A stretch of DNA of 59,567 nt, the filler included, from Sanchytrium tribonematis (lineage: Eukaryota), in the NCBI GenBank assembly GCA_018985235.1. It is 7 parts of 7 records of this genome, joined end to end, with 100 filler letters (N's around TTAATTAATTAA, not from the genome) between each part and the next. Parts side by side here need not be neighbours in the genome. Positions count along the whole stretch, not along the records: positions 34,263 to 42,639 come from JADGIG010000379.1; positions 42,740 to 51,111 come from JADGIG010000380.1; 5 more parts are not named here. One strand, given 5' to 3'. A program made the translations under genes and the position numbers. The notes beneath the pieces were generated by a model. It did not search any database. It had not been told where the DNA came from and worked only from the letters and a program-made list of their open reading frames with translations. Shown piece by piece: positions 41,309 through 51,211 of the stretch. Numbering within the stretch: position 1 is the first letter of the stretch; every line of letters starts with the position of its first letter.

Positions 41309-42439
41309 TCAAAGTAAAAACATTCCCACTTTACCGCAATCTATGGGTGTACATTTCCAATTATACAAATAGTAGTATAAAGTTCCATCACCTTTTACGA
41401 ACCTTAGTTGCTCCAGTTCATCAACTGAACCTCCGATTCCTTCTAAAGCATTAAATACGTCAAACCCGTCATTTTGAGCACAGTAAAGCAAGCTTTGAAG
41501 CAATTCAGTCCATTTTGTATTAACGTTAGAGTAAAACCACAGGTAGGCGATCTTGAGTTTTTCTTTAAAAGGAACAGCCAGAGTGTTGACAAGGTAATAA
41601 GATATAAAATCTATGACTTTACCGCTTTCTTCTACAACATAGCACCACATAACTCCCTTAATTGGTTTAAGCCAGTATTCAAACTCTTCGATAGTATATA
41701 TTGGATATAATTTTTTGGTTTGATTATGAGATTTAAAAAGCTCAAAACACTCTACAATGTCCTTCGATTCTAAAAGCCTAAGTTTCAACGGAGCATTTTT
41801 TAAATGCAGCCTTTGTTGAGCAGTAGTCACATTAGGTACGGGAGCAGCAAATCCCACTTTAATTAGCTTTTCTAAGTTTAAACTTCTATGATAATAAGTT
41901 GCAGCAGTAACAATTCCAGGCAACTTATGTCCGGCAGTGTATAAGGCTTGCCATGTATCCTTTAAATGTACACGTCGCGTAATTTCCTTAATCAAGAGTG
42001 GGGCGAAAGCCTTGGCTCTCAACGATTTATGTACGCACAAAAAGTTGACCTCTGCCATTTTAACAATTTTTCCATTCACGTTCATTTTGATAGGCACTGC
42101 AGTGATAAAAGCCATCAATTTTTTACCTTTCTTAATTCCAATCCACCAGTCTTTTTCAGATTCAGGACAAATTAAGGCCCATCTCAAAAGTGGTACTGAA
42201 TAAGAAAAGCGAAAAGATTCTGGACTATCGTCTTTTACATCGCTCACATAATTATCTACTAACAATTGATAAACTAGGTTCATATCTGTATCTTGGGATA
42301 AATCCATTGTGGCCCATTGTAGACCTTCTTTCAATTCAAGTGGATTTGGATCTGGCGTTTTATTTGATTGCAATTCACCTTCCGCTTTTGGTTCGTCTGT
42401 CACTGGTTGAGTGTGCCAGAATATAGATTCTTTGGACAT
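41309..42439 (-). CDS. NMT1: Glycylpeptide N-myristoyltransferase
   Basis: FWHTQPV, NYV.D, FRFSYS, EVNFLCVHKSLR, LIKEITRR, YYHRSLN, DVFNAL, GDGTLYYYLYNW; ends MFLL at a TGA. Confidence 0.97.
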   Translation of the reverse strand: MSKESIFWHTQPVTDEPKAEGELQSNKTPDPNPLELKEGLQWATMDLSQDTDMNLVYQLLVDNYVSDVKDDSPESFRFSYSVPLLRWALICPESEKDWWIGIKKGKKLMAFITAVPIKMNVNGKIVKMAEVNFLCVHKSLRAKAFAPLLIKEITRRVHLKDTWQALYTAGHKLPGIVTAATYYHRSLNLEKLIKVGFAAPVPNVTTAQQRLHLKNAPLKLRLLESKDIVECFELFKSHNQTKKLYPIYTIEEFEYWLKPIKGVMWCYVVEESGKVIDFISYYLVNTLAVPFKEKLKIAYLWFYSNVNTKWTELLQSLLYCAQNDGFDVFNALEGIGGSVDELEQLRFVKGDGTLYYYLYNWKCTPIDCGKVGMFLL

Positions 42440-42639
42440 GTTTTGTTTGAAAAAAGTTTTATTTTAAAAATTCCAAACACTATTTTGATAAGATTTCATC
42501 ATGTCGTAACTATCGAATTCTCGCTCGTTGATGCGAGTTCGTGAAATCAATGGATTTGTTTCTATATTGTGCACCGTTTTAAGCAAATAAACGACAATTT
42601 TTAAAGCATCTGGGCTAATTTAGCGAATATTACTGTTGG

Positions 42640-42739
42640 NNNNNNNNNNNNNNNNNNNNNNNNNNNNNNNNNNNNNNNNNNNNTTAATTAATTAANNNNN
42701 NNNNNNNNNNNNNNNNNNNNNNNNNNNNNNNNNNNNNNN
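42640..42739. other. Artificial contig spacer
   Basis: N44-TTAATTAATTAA-N44. Confidence 0.99.
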
Positions 42740-42867
42740 GCCATTTGGACGTGATAAAGGACTGCTTTAGCGTGATCTAATCCATGAGATGAGCAGACAC
42801 TGGATAATAATGTATCCAATTCTGAAATGATGGCATCCATTTGAAGATGGAATTGCGATTTGGTCAT
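42740..42867 (-). CDS. 5' end of a second HD-domain hydrolase copy (cut by the contig end)
   Basis: Near-identical to the start of 43672-44376 (SHGLDHAKAVLYH). Confidence 0.8.
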
Positions 42868-42955
42868 TTGTTTCAAGGTGGCAAAAATCAATTTATTTTT
42901 TAAAAAAAATGTTTCCGACCACCAGATTCCATTTTAGTGGCTTGACTGGTGATTG

Positions 42956-43477
42956 TCATTTGATCAAAATTTCCGTAGATTTGGTTTCGAGGTTTGGAGG
43001 GAGATCATGGGGAAAGGGTTGTTTTAAATTGTTACCATACAAATCCAATTTTGTCAAATTTGTTGGGAAAGTGCTGAAGCTTGTAATTTGGTTGAATTTG
43101 ACACTTAGTTCTGTGAGGCCATCTGGAAATACAGGAATCGTTCCATTCAATTGATTTTTATAAATTATAAATGTTTGAAGCGTTACAGGATATCCAGTTG
43201 TTGGTAAATTTCCAGTCAATTGGTTGCTGCTCAAATCGAGATAGACCAACGAAGAAGGTAAATTAGCTTGAAATGTCCCATTTAAATTTAATCCATGCCA
43301 ATCAATAGAATCAATCTTTCCTGCTACGCAAGTGACTCTAGTAATTGAACCCGCGCAACAATTAGTAATGATTTCGTTCATGATAGTTGGATTTACTTTT
43401 GGCATTCCCAACCCAATTGCAAATTGTTTCAAGTTTTGACAATCTGATAAAGCAGCAATAATGACATTTAATAACAT
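42956..43477 (-). pseudogene. Internally deleted LRR gene copy (could still encode a short secreted LRR protein)
   Basis: Signal, DC..CC..C cap and about four LRRs, then fused out of frame to the 3' end of the paralogue's cytoplasmic tail. Confidence 0.7.
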
Positions 43478-43671
43478 TGCTTTGTACCGGGGGAATGACC
43501 CTGTTTATAAACAATCGGAACATTCCAAAATGGCTACTCTTCTAGCCAATCAAATCTTGAATGGCTTAGAATATTCCATGAAACAATTTTACAGCAAGAA
43601 CAAAAATTATAATTGAGAACTTGAACTTGTACAAATGAGTCTTGTGCTACTAATTATACTTTATATCCCAT

Positions 43672-44376
43672 TTATTCACAAATCTCTAGCACATCTTGCT
43701 TTGTAATAAATCCCTTTTTGCCATATAAAAATACCAATTTATAAATAGGTGCCATTCTTTCATTCTTAATCTCATTGAAATATGAGTTATCACTCTCAAA
43801 ATCAGCCAAATGCAATAATTTATCGTAACAATGATCCACCATTGACTCAGATTTCCCTTTATATGCCAAATATCTCTGTTTTGTGACTCTTAATTCCTCA
43901 ATTGTCGTATATCTAGGTGTATTTTCAGTATATAATGGAGATTGAATCGTGTTGCAATATGTCATGCATCTCAATAATCCAATTTTACCAATAGCTTCTA
44001 ATCGATCTGCATATCTGGGATACAAATAATATGGATTCTCATGAGTAGAATCCCCATTTTGAGAACAACTCACCAATGAAATCATTTCTATAGCTTGATT
44101 TACAATAATTTGAGGGATATTGCGCATTAAATGACGTGCATTCTCATAATTAGTAGTTTTAAATAATTTATGATCATCTGCATCATGTAATAATGCAGCT
44201 AATTCAATACTTTGTTGTAAATCAATTGGTACTTGAGTGTCTTTTAATGCCATTTGGACGTGATAAAGGACTGCTTTAGCGTGATCTAATCCATGAGATG
44301 AGCAGACACTGGATAATAATGTATCTAATTCTGAAATGATGGTATCCATTTGAAGATGGAATTGCGATTTGGTCAT
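43672..44376 (-). CDS. HD-superfamily metal-dependent phosphohydrolase (YedJ-like)
   Basis: SHGLDH, AALLHDADDHKLF, ADRLEAIGKIG..R and DHCYDKLL. Confidence 0.88.
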   Translation of the reverse strand: MTKSQFHLQMDTIISELDTLLSSVCSSHGLDHAKAVLYHVQMALKDTQVPIDLQQSIELAALLHDADDHKLFKTTNYENARHLMRNIPQIIVNQAIEMISLVSCSQNGDSTHENPYYLYPRYADRLEAIGKIGLLRCMTYCNTIQSPLYTENTPRYTTIEELRVTKQRYLAYKGKSESMVDHCYDKLLHLADFESDNSYFNEIKNERMAPIYKLVFLYGKKGFITKQDVLEICE

Positions 44377-44408
44377 TTGTTTCAAGGTGGCAAAAATCAA
44401 TTTATTTT

Positions 44409-46120
44409 TTAAAAAAGATGTTTTCGACCACCAGATTCCATTTTAGTGGCTTGACTGGTAATCGTCATTTGATCAAAATGTTTTAAATGCAATCGCACTT
44501 TTGGACTCTTGAATTTCAACTTGGCAATGAATAATCCTATTCCAATCAATAAAATCACACATATAGCACCAATGATCCAATAAATGGCATATTTATCAAT
44601 TGTATCCGTGTGTTCAACATCGTCAACAATGGTAGGTTCATGAGAAGCAGATATTTCCACTAAGTAAGCAATAATTACCAGTTAAAGAGGTATAATATTC
44701 CATCAATGTCGTATTTAAGCTGAAAATAGTAATTGGTGGTCTTAACACTCGTGTAATTGGTGTGGGATCTACCTCGATTTGAGAAATTACATTAAGTTCA
44801 CTTGCTATTGATGAAGTTGACAGTAGCTGACTATTCTCGGATGTAATGGTGGAAACTGGCAGCTGACTTGTAGTTTTTTCAGCATTTGTCAATTTAAATA
44901 AATTCAAATGCTCACAAAATGGATACAATTTCTCCACATTTGTATTATTCAGTGTGGGCGTGCATGAAAGTTTACAATAAGTAAGTGTTGAGGTATCCAA
45001 TATGGTAATGTTGGAGATCAAAGTATTTGAAATGTCTAATTCATTGACTTGTTTCAAATAAATGGTACCAAATAAAAACTGATTGGAAAGCGTTAATCTG
45101 GATAAGGAATTTGGCAAAGCAGGTACAATACCTGTTAATTGGTTGTCATGCAGATATAGCAATGACAAACTGGCTGGAAGTGGTGGAATTTGACCAGTAA
45201 ACAAATTTCCTTGAAGCTGTAAATTCGTTAATGGAGAAATAAAATTGGGTTGAACATGGTAAAATGTGACATTGGAAATATCACCTGTCAATCTAGAGGA
45301 ATCAAATGTGATTTTTGTAGCAGTTGGTGGAAGAATAGGTAATTTGCCATAAAAGATATTATTATTTCCTAAAAACATTTGAATATTTGGTGGAAACAGG
45401 ACTGGTGCTACAATTTGATTAGAATCTAAATTGATATTAATCAAAGTATCTGGAAAGGGATACGTCAATCCTTGTAACTTGTTGACACAGGCATTAAAAC
45501 CACGCAATCCAGATGGCAATTTTGGAACGGTTTCCTTCAATTTGATTTTCACATATATCTAATACAGTGAGTGTATCTGGTAGATTGCTAAGATTTCCAT
45601 AAAAATGGTTTTTCTGAAATCTGGCAATTTCGAGTTTTTGAGGAAGATCATGGGGAAAGGGTTGTTTTAAATTGTTATAATTCAAATCCAATTTTGTCAA
45701 ATTCTTTGGAAAAGTGGTAAAATTGTTAAATTTGTTGCTGAAAATCAGCATTTCTAAAAGACAGTCAGGAAACACAGGAATCGTCCCGAAAAATTGATTT
45801 TCATAAATTTTAAATGTTTGAAGCGTGTCAGGATATCCAGTTGTTGGTAAATTTCCAGTCAATTGGTTGCTGCTCAAATCGAGAGTCACTAATTGATCTG
45901 GTAAATAAGCTTGAAATGTCCCATTTAAATTTAATCAATGCCAATCAATAGAATCAATCTTTCCCGCTACGCAAGTGACTCCAGTTACTACACCCGCGCA
46001 ACAATTTGTATTGATTTCGTTCATGATGGTTGGATTTGCTTGTGGCATTCCCAATCCAATTGCAAATTGTTTCAAGTTTTGACAATCTGTTAAAGCAGCA
46101 ATAATGACATTTAATAACAT
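44409..46120 (-). pseudogene. LRR type I membrane protein gene with one nonsense change and two frameshifts
   Basis: Fragments 46120-45935, 45889-45494, 45552-44638 and 44660-44409 assemble into signal, cap, LRRs, S/T stalk and TM. The TGA at 45935-45937 is GGA in the 42956-43477 paralogue. Confidence 0.8.
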
Positions 46121-46373
46121 TGGACATGGCGACATGACTTATAAACAATTGGAATATTCTAAAATGGCCTTGCATTAACCAATCAAATTATGAATGGCTT
46201 CAAAAGACCCAATCAAACAAGAGATGGCTTTTATGGCTCTAGAATGTAAATGAAAAATTTAAAATTAAAATTGAAATGATTGAATTGAAAAAGAATATAA
46301 ATAATTAATAATTATTTGATAGTTTTTCGCGAATCAAGTTTAAATTGTAAATTCTTTTAATTTACAATTTATT

Positions 46374-48098
46374 TCATTCTTTCATTTGTTTTTCCAAATA
46401 CAACTTATAATAATGTGATTTCTGCTCCATAATCTTGTCTCTTCTTAAATATGTCTCTAATTCTGATAAATTCTCCAAAGTCTCTCCTTTGGTAAATAAA
46501 TCCATCACTACCAATGAATACACCCCACAAGAATGCCCATCATGTTGCAATTTCAATGAATATTGATACCATTTGAAACTCTTAAATCCTCTAAATTTCA
46601 AAAAATATAAAATTGATTTTTTAACCCGTGTTTCTAAATGACCAGATGGATTCAAAAAATCAAATGAATCTATTTTCAAATATTTCCCATGATTTTCTAC
46701 CACGATGGTCATCCAATGTCCATAATTTGTATCACTTCCAATAAAGACTGGAATAATCAATGGAAATTGTAATTCCCAATCATCTGCTTGAATCATTTGA
46801 TTATATTCATAATTAGCTACATATCTACCAAATTGAGTACTCATGACATGTCCCTTTGATCTCAAATTGAAATAATATGTGAAATATGAAAATGCAGCAT
46901 CTTGTAACAATTCTTCTCCATTAAATTGAAATGCCATCATTTCTTTATCGGTTTGTATGGCGACTTCATGTCGTGCTGCTTTGATTTCATCTCTATTCAA
47001 TTTGAGTTGTGCTTGAGTGAATGTTTGAAAGGGTTCTTTAATTTCTGGCAATTTTAATTGTATTTCAGTTAATTGTCGAGATGGCATCAATTGAATCTTG
47101 TTAATATGTACATGATCCGTTAATATATCTTTCAAATACATCAAATAAGCATAATTGCCATAATCATCAGATTTCCCCTTGTATTGATTCTCTAAAACTA
47201 ATAAAATAGCAGCATATTCAGTAAACCCCAATTTGAATAAATGGCTCAAATTGTGATAATAAATAGATACTTTTTTAATATTTTCTTGTCGATAGTGCTT
47301 CAATTTCCGTTTCAATTCACCCAAACGCGTATTTACAAATATATCACTAAAATGGTAAATATGAATAGATAAAACACCGTCTAATAAACTCAATTGATAA
47401 AGTACTTGACCACACATTTCTTCATCATATAAGAAATAACAAATTTGAGATGGAATATTCAATGGCAATTGATTTAAATGATTTAATTTAAAATTGCCAT
47501 GTTGATAATCATTTCTGATGGATTTAGAAGCAATATTCAAATAATTTAATCTCCAATTAAATACAGATTGTGAAATATAGTAATATTTGGACTTAATGGC
47601 CATTTGATACTCTAATTCGGATATTTCATAATCATTGAAATCAATTGGCAAATAGGGTTTTAATTGAGATGGATGTTGTAAAGCATGTAATTCAGATGCA
47701 TGTGGGATCAATTGATCAAGTGCATCGTCTATTGCATTGGGATAATAGCAATAAACAATGGAAATCAATAAATTTAATGAATTTGGGATAGGAATAGATT
47801 GATAATGGATATGCTCATTTGGAATAGCAAATATGGATTGTATAGATGATTGATATTGTCGTGTGATGTCATTTAATGGATTTATTGCATTGGGATGGCT
47901 GTAAATGGTCAAATGATGTAAATCATGTATTTTATGGATAATTAGAGATGTAGATTCGATATTAATGATATATGGCATATGATGAGAGGGTTGTGCTTGA
48001 TTATTATAGAGTGATTTGATAAAATTGGGTTGTGCAATGCGGGCAAATGGACAATTCATTAAATTGATGAAATTGGCAAAAATGAGTGAAATCAACAT
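46374..48098 (-). CDS. Signal-peptide-bearing protein with a C-terminal Ulp1-like (C48) cysteine protease domain
   Basis: MLISLIFA leader (ATG at 48098); IIPVF...GHWMTIVV (His), IDSFDFL (Asp) and LQHDGHSCGVYSL (Gln, Cys). Confidence 0.8.
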   Translation of the reverse strand: MLISLIFANFINLMNCPFARIAQPNFIKSLYNNQAQPSHHMPYIINIESTSLIIHKIHDLHHLTIYSHPNAINPLNDITRQYQSSIQSIFAIPNEHIHYQSIPIPNSLNLLISIVYCYYPNAIDDALDQLIPHASELHALQHPSQLKPYLPIDFNDYEISELEYQMAIKSKYYYISQSVFNWRLNYLNIASKSIRNDYQHGNFKLNHLNQLPLNIPSQICYFLYDEEMCGQVLYQLSLLDGVLSIHIYHFSDIFVNTRLGELKRKLKHYRQENIKKVSIYYHNLSHLFKLGFTEYAAILLVLENQYKGKSDDYGNYAYLMYLKDILTDHVHINKIQLMPSRQLTEIQLKLPEIKEPFQTFTQAQLKLNRDEIKAARHEVAIQTDKEMMAFQFNGEELLQDAAFSYFTYYFNLRSKGHVMSTQFGRYVANYEYNQMIQADDWELQFPLIIPVFIGSDTNYGHWMTIVVENHGKYLKIDSFDFLNPSGHLETRVKKSILYFLKFRGFKSFKWYQYSLKLQHDGHSCGVYSLVVMDLFTKGETLENLSELETYLRRDKIMEQKSHYYKLYLEKQMKE

Positions 48099-48222
48099 GA
48101 AGAATGTTAGAAAGAGAGCGTGACTTGAAATACAAATTATGATGTGATTTAAGTACATGTGATGTAGATTGATGCGATGGATGATGTGATGAGGGGATAA
48201 AATGAATTATTTTATTAAAGTT

Positions 48223-48735
48223 TTATGATAAACGAATGCTAATTGGGAGGGTATCATTGTGAGTTCCCAAGAAGTGACCGAGAAATCCAGCTAAAGTAGC
48301 AACCATTGCAAGAATAGTAACCACAAAAACAGCTACAACGATTCGACGATTTCTCCTTTCAGCAACAGTTTTTCTTCCATTTTTGTCAAATCTCATTTCT
48401 TTTGAAGTACCTAAATTTTTATCAAGTAAGATTGAATTATGGTCTTTAAGAGCCAGTTCTTTAATTTCCTCTTCAGTCCTGATATCGAATCTGTCTGTCT
48501 TTCCAAATGGATTGTACCATCTTCTTTCATCAACAGATGTTTGACTTAATCTTTTAGCAGCTGCCGATGGGTTAACAAATTCTGTTGTGGTAATAATTGG
48601 TTGATATAAATCTCCTTTATACTTGGGATCCAGTGTTTCCAATTCATCTCCATTCAATGTTCTTGGTTTTTCTGCTTGCTTCATCCATTCTGGCCGTGCA
48701 AACCCTGCATGTAAAATTAATAGCAAGTAGATCAT
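48223..48735 (-). CDS. Hypothetical protein with signal peptide and C-terminal TM
   Basis: MIYLLLILHAGFA leader; RRNRR followed by a hydrophobic helix. Confidence 0.7.
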   Translation of the reverse strand: MIYLLLILHAGFARPEWMKQAEKPRTLNGDELETLDPKYKGDLYQPIITTTEFVNPSAAAKRLSQTSVDERRWYNPFGKTDRFDIRTEEEIKELALKDHNSILLDKNLGTSKEMRFDKNGRKTVAERRNRRIVVAVFVVTILAMVATLAGFLGHFLGTHNDTLPISIRLS

Positions 48736-48905
48736 ATTAATGTGATATCGCGTCTCTCCTTTTAAAGCGCGATTCAGCTATATCAGGTCTGATGTACGCC
48801 TTTAATTCCTATTAAATCATATTTGATTGGCATGATAGACCTAGTACCAGAATCAAAGACATTATCAGACTCACAGAAACACAATAGACCTATTACCATT
48901 TATTG

Positions 48906-49529
48906 TCAATTATCTTTTCCATTCAAATGTTCTCCAGAATGTGAATCTTTTATATCTCCATCTGGTAATTCATGTTGATTCACAATATTCGGATCCAAAT
49001 TTGCTAATTCTTGAGGATTATTAAAATCAACGGTATCTATATTCTGTACTTCATTTGGATCTGGTCCATTTCTTAAATTGCCTTTTTTTACTTGTACTTG
49101 ATCTTCTCTATTTTCTTTTAAATCCTGCATTTGATTGTTAAATTGGACATCATCATGGTGTTTGCTATTGGATATGACACCTAAAATATATCCTAATGAG
49201 GAAATAGCCATAATAATTGCAGAATATTTGAGACCTTGTATGGATTTATGAGCATATTTCTCAAATCCAACTCGATGTCTTTGTAATTCTAATCTGTAAA
49301 TACCTTTTTTGCCTTTTCTAGTAAATAATGCCTTTTTCAATTCTTTAAGGTGATCAAGAGTTAACTCTGGATGAGTCATACCTATAGTTTTGATAGCATC
49401 TGGATTAAATAAACTTTCTGGTGCTCTAGTTGATAATGGTTCAGCTGTAGTAGCTGTTTTAGCTGGTTCCGCACCTGCTGCTCTTACTTGTCCTGTGGGT
49501 ACTGCATACAATACGCGAGTCAATATCAT
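48906..49529 (-). CDS. Hypothetical protein with a short leader, central TM and acidic N/D-rich tail
   Basis: MILTRVLYA-VP leader; TM YSAIIMAISSLGYILGVI. Confidence 0.7.
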   Translation of the reverse strand: MILTRVLYAVPTGQVRAAGAEPAKTATTAEPLSTRAPESLFNPDAIKTIGMTHPELTLDHLKELKKALFTRKGKKGIYRLELQRHRVGFEKYAHKSIQGLKYSAIIMAISSLGYILGVISNSKHHDDVQFNNQMQDLKENREDQVQVKKGNLRNGPDPNEVQNIDTVDFNNPQELANLDPNIVNQHELPDGDIKDSHSGEHLNGKDN

Positions 49530-49652
49530 GAATATAATACGTCATGTCTCTTTTTAAACAATTCTTGTGCGTTGTACGTGTCTGTCATGTCTGATGCATT
49601 CAAATACAAATCACACAAAATAAATCACAATTTTTGTAACACCCTTGCCAAC

Positions 49653-50462
49653 ATGCTCAAACACATATTCATCAAATGCCCATTAAATCAACCATATAAA
49701 TTCGTTGATGCGAGTTGGGACATGTCTAAACCATTAAAATCAATTCAATATTATATAAATGGCCATTTGCCAAATGCAGTCTATTTTAATATTGATCAAA
49801 TCGCAACCTCATCCAAATATCCCCATATGCTACCATCTCCTACGCAATTTGATCGATTCATGAGTAATTTAGGCATTTCAAATAAAGATCATTTACTCAT
49901 TTATGATCAAATTGGTGTATTTTCAAGTTGTCGTGTTTATTGGACATTTAAAGTATTTGGACATGAAAAAGTACAAATATTAAATGGTGGATTACCCCAT
50001 TATGCATCCCATTATCCCATTACCAGACAATTGCCAGTTATCCAAAAATCCAATTATCAATCCAATTTTCAACCCCATTTAGTCAAATCATTTAAAGACA
50101 TTAAAGCCAATATTAGATCACAACAGAGTATTGTAATTGATGCACGATCATCTGGTCGGTTTAATGGCACTGAAAATGAACCACGTGCCATTCCAAGTGG
50201 ACATATTAAACATTCTATTAATTTGCCATTTTCAAATTTATTAAATTCAGATCAATCCTTGAAATCAATGGATGATATACGACAAATCATTGAGAACCAT
50301 GGGCAATTAAAGCATTTAAAACCATCAGATGCATTAATTATGAGTTGTGGGAGTGGGGTGACTGCAAGTATTTTATTTTGTGTGTTTTCAGAATTGGGAT
50401 TCACGAATTTGAGTGTGTATGATGGTAGTTGGACAGAATACATTCAGAGAATCAATAAATGA
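49653..50462 (+). CDS. TUM1: 3-mercaptopyruvate/thiosulfate sulfurtransferase (tandem rhodanese)
   Basis: VDASW, GHLPNA, PHMLP, DARS.GRF.G...EPR...SGHI, active-site loop CGSGVTA and YDGSWTEY. Confidence 0.93.
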   Translation: MLKHIFIKCPLNQPYKFVDASWDMSKPLKSIQYYINGHLPNAVYFNIDQIATSSKYPHMLPSPTQFDRFMSNLGISNKDHLLIYDQIGVFSSCRVYWTFKVFGHEKVQILNGGLPHYASHYPITRQLPVIQKSNYQSNFQPHLVKSFKDIKANIRSQQSIVIDARSSGRFNGTENEPRAIPSGHIKHSINLPFSNLLNSDQSLKSMDDIRQIIENHGQLKHLKPSDALIMSCGSGVTASILFCVFSELGFTNLSVYDGSWTEYIQRINK

Positions 50463-50594
50463 GTTGTTTAGCGCATCTTTTATCTAAAACGAATGAGAAT
50501 GGCAATTTATTAAATGACGTGGTCTTGCTGAAACCAATTAATGGATGTGGCAAGGATTGTTAATGGTATAAAAAGAGACCATTCTTGATAAATC

Positions 50595-50816
50595 ATGTTG
50601 TATATCGTACAATTGGCATTCGCATTTCCAAAAACTGTAAAGCAAACAGTATGTGGAAAAAAATATGGATACAAGGGTGCTAAATGTGATAAATTTGCAC
50701 CTATTTGCAAATCTGATGGCGTATGTGTTGATAACTTGGAGCATCCATGGATTTGTGATCCAGATTACAGCTATGGCAACGAATGTTTGAAATGGCATCA
50801 TTTTACAGGTCCTTGA
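50595..50816 (+). CDS. Small secreted six-Cys protein, hevein/CBM18-like
   Basis: MLYIVQLAFA leader; CG......C.....CKSDGVC.......CDPDYSYG..C spacing. Confidence 0.6.
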   Translation: MLYIVQLAFAFPKTVKQTVCGKKYGYKGAKCDKFAPICKSDGVCVDNLEHPWICDPDYSYGNECLKWHHFTGP

Positions 50817-51111
50817 ATAAATATGATTTGTATTTGAATGATGGCACATAAAATGCAAAAGTATTGATGTCACCTGTCAGTCACATTGTTGCAATCGTTT
50901 CTAATCTATTTTAATTGATTTGGCTGGATCGGATAAAATAAATTGACAATTTATGATATTTTATTATGGTAGTGTAACCAGATGATGGATTAATGTAGTC
51001 TGATGCTTCGATTTTACATCGAATGGTTCATTTAAGAGAATCAAAGTAATTCAATGTTTGAGCCGCATTGGTAGGAATCGCTTGAATGGGTCTGAACGGA
51101 TATGTAGGAGA

Positions 51112-51211
51112 NNNNNNNNNNNNNNNNNNNNNNNNNNNNNNNNNNNNNNNNNNNNTTAATTAATTAANNNNNNNNNNNNNNNNNNNNNNNNNNNNNNNNN
51201 NNNNNNNNNNN
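51112..51211. other. Artificial contig spacer
   Basis: N44-TTAATTAATTAA-N44. Confidence 0.99.

Larger units (their letters stand above)
42740..43570. repeat. Tandem duplicate of the LRR-HD unit: 42740-42970 matches 44249-44479, and about 42975-43570 matches about 45615-46200
   Basis: Near-identical sequence by direct comparison; about 1.1 kb of the LRR gene interior is missing from this copy. Confidence 0.9.

Noticed and set aside
42510..42545. Imperfect hairpin upstream of NMT1 (CGAATTCTCGC...GCGAGTTCG) as a possible snRNA or other ncRNA
   Set aside because: No recognisable snRNA, tRNA or snoRNA motifs could be confirmed by eye; an Infernal/Rfam scan would be needed.
45935..45937. TGA in the LRR gene as programmed readthrough
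   Set aside because: The paralogue has GGA here and the same gene carries two frameshifts, so ordinary pseudogenisation or sequence error is simpler.
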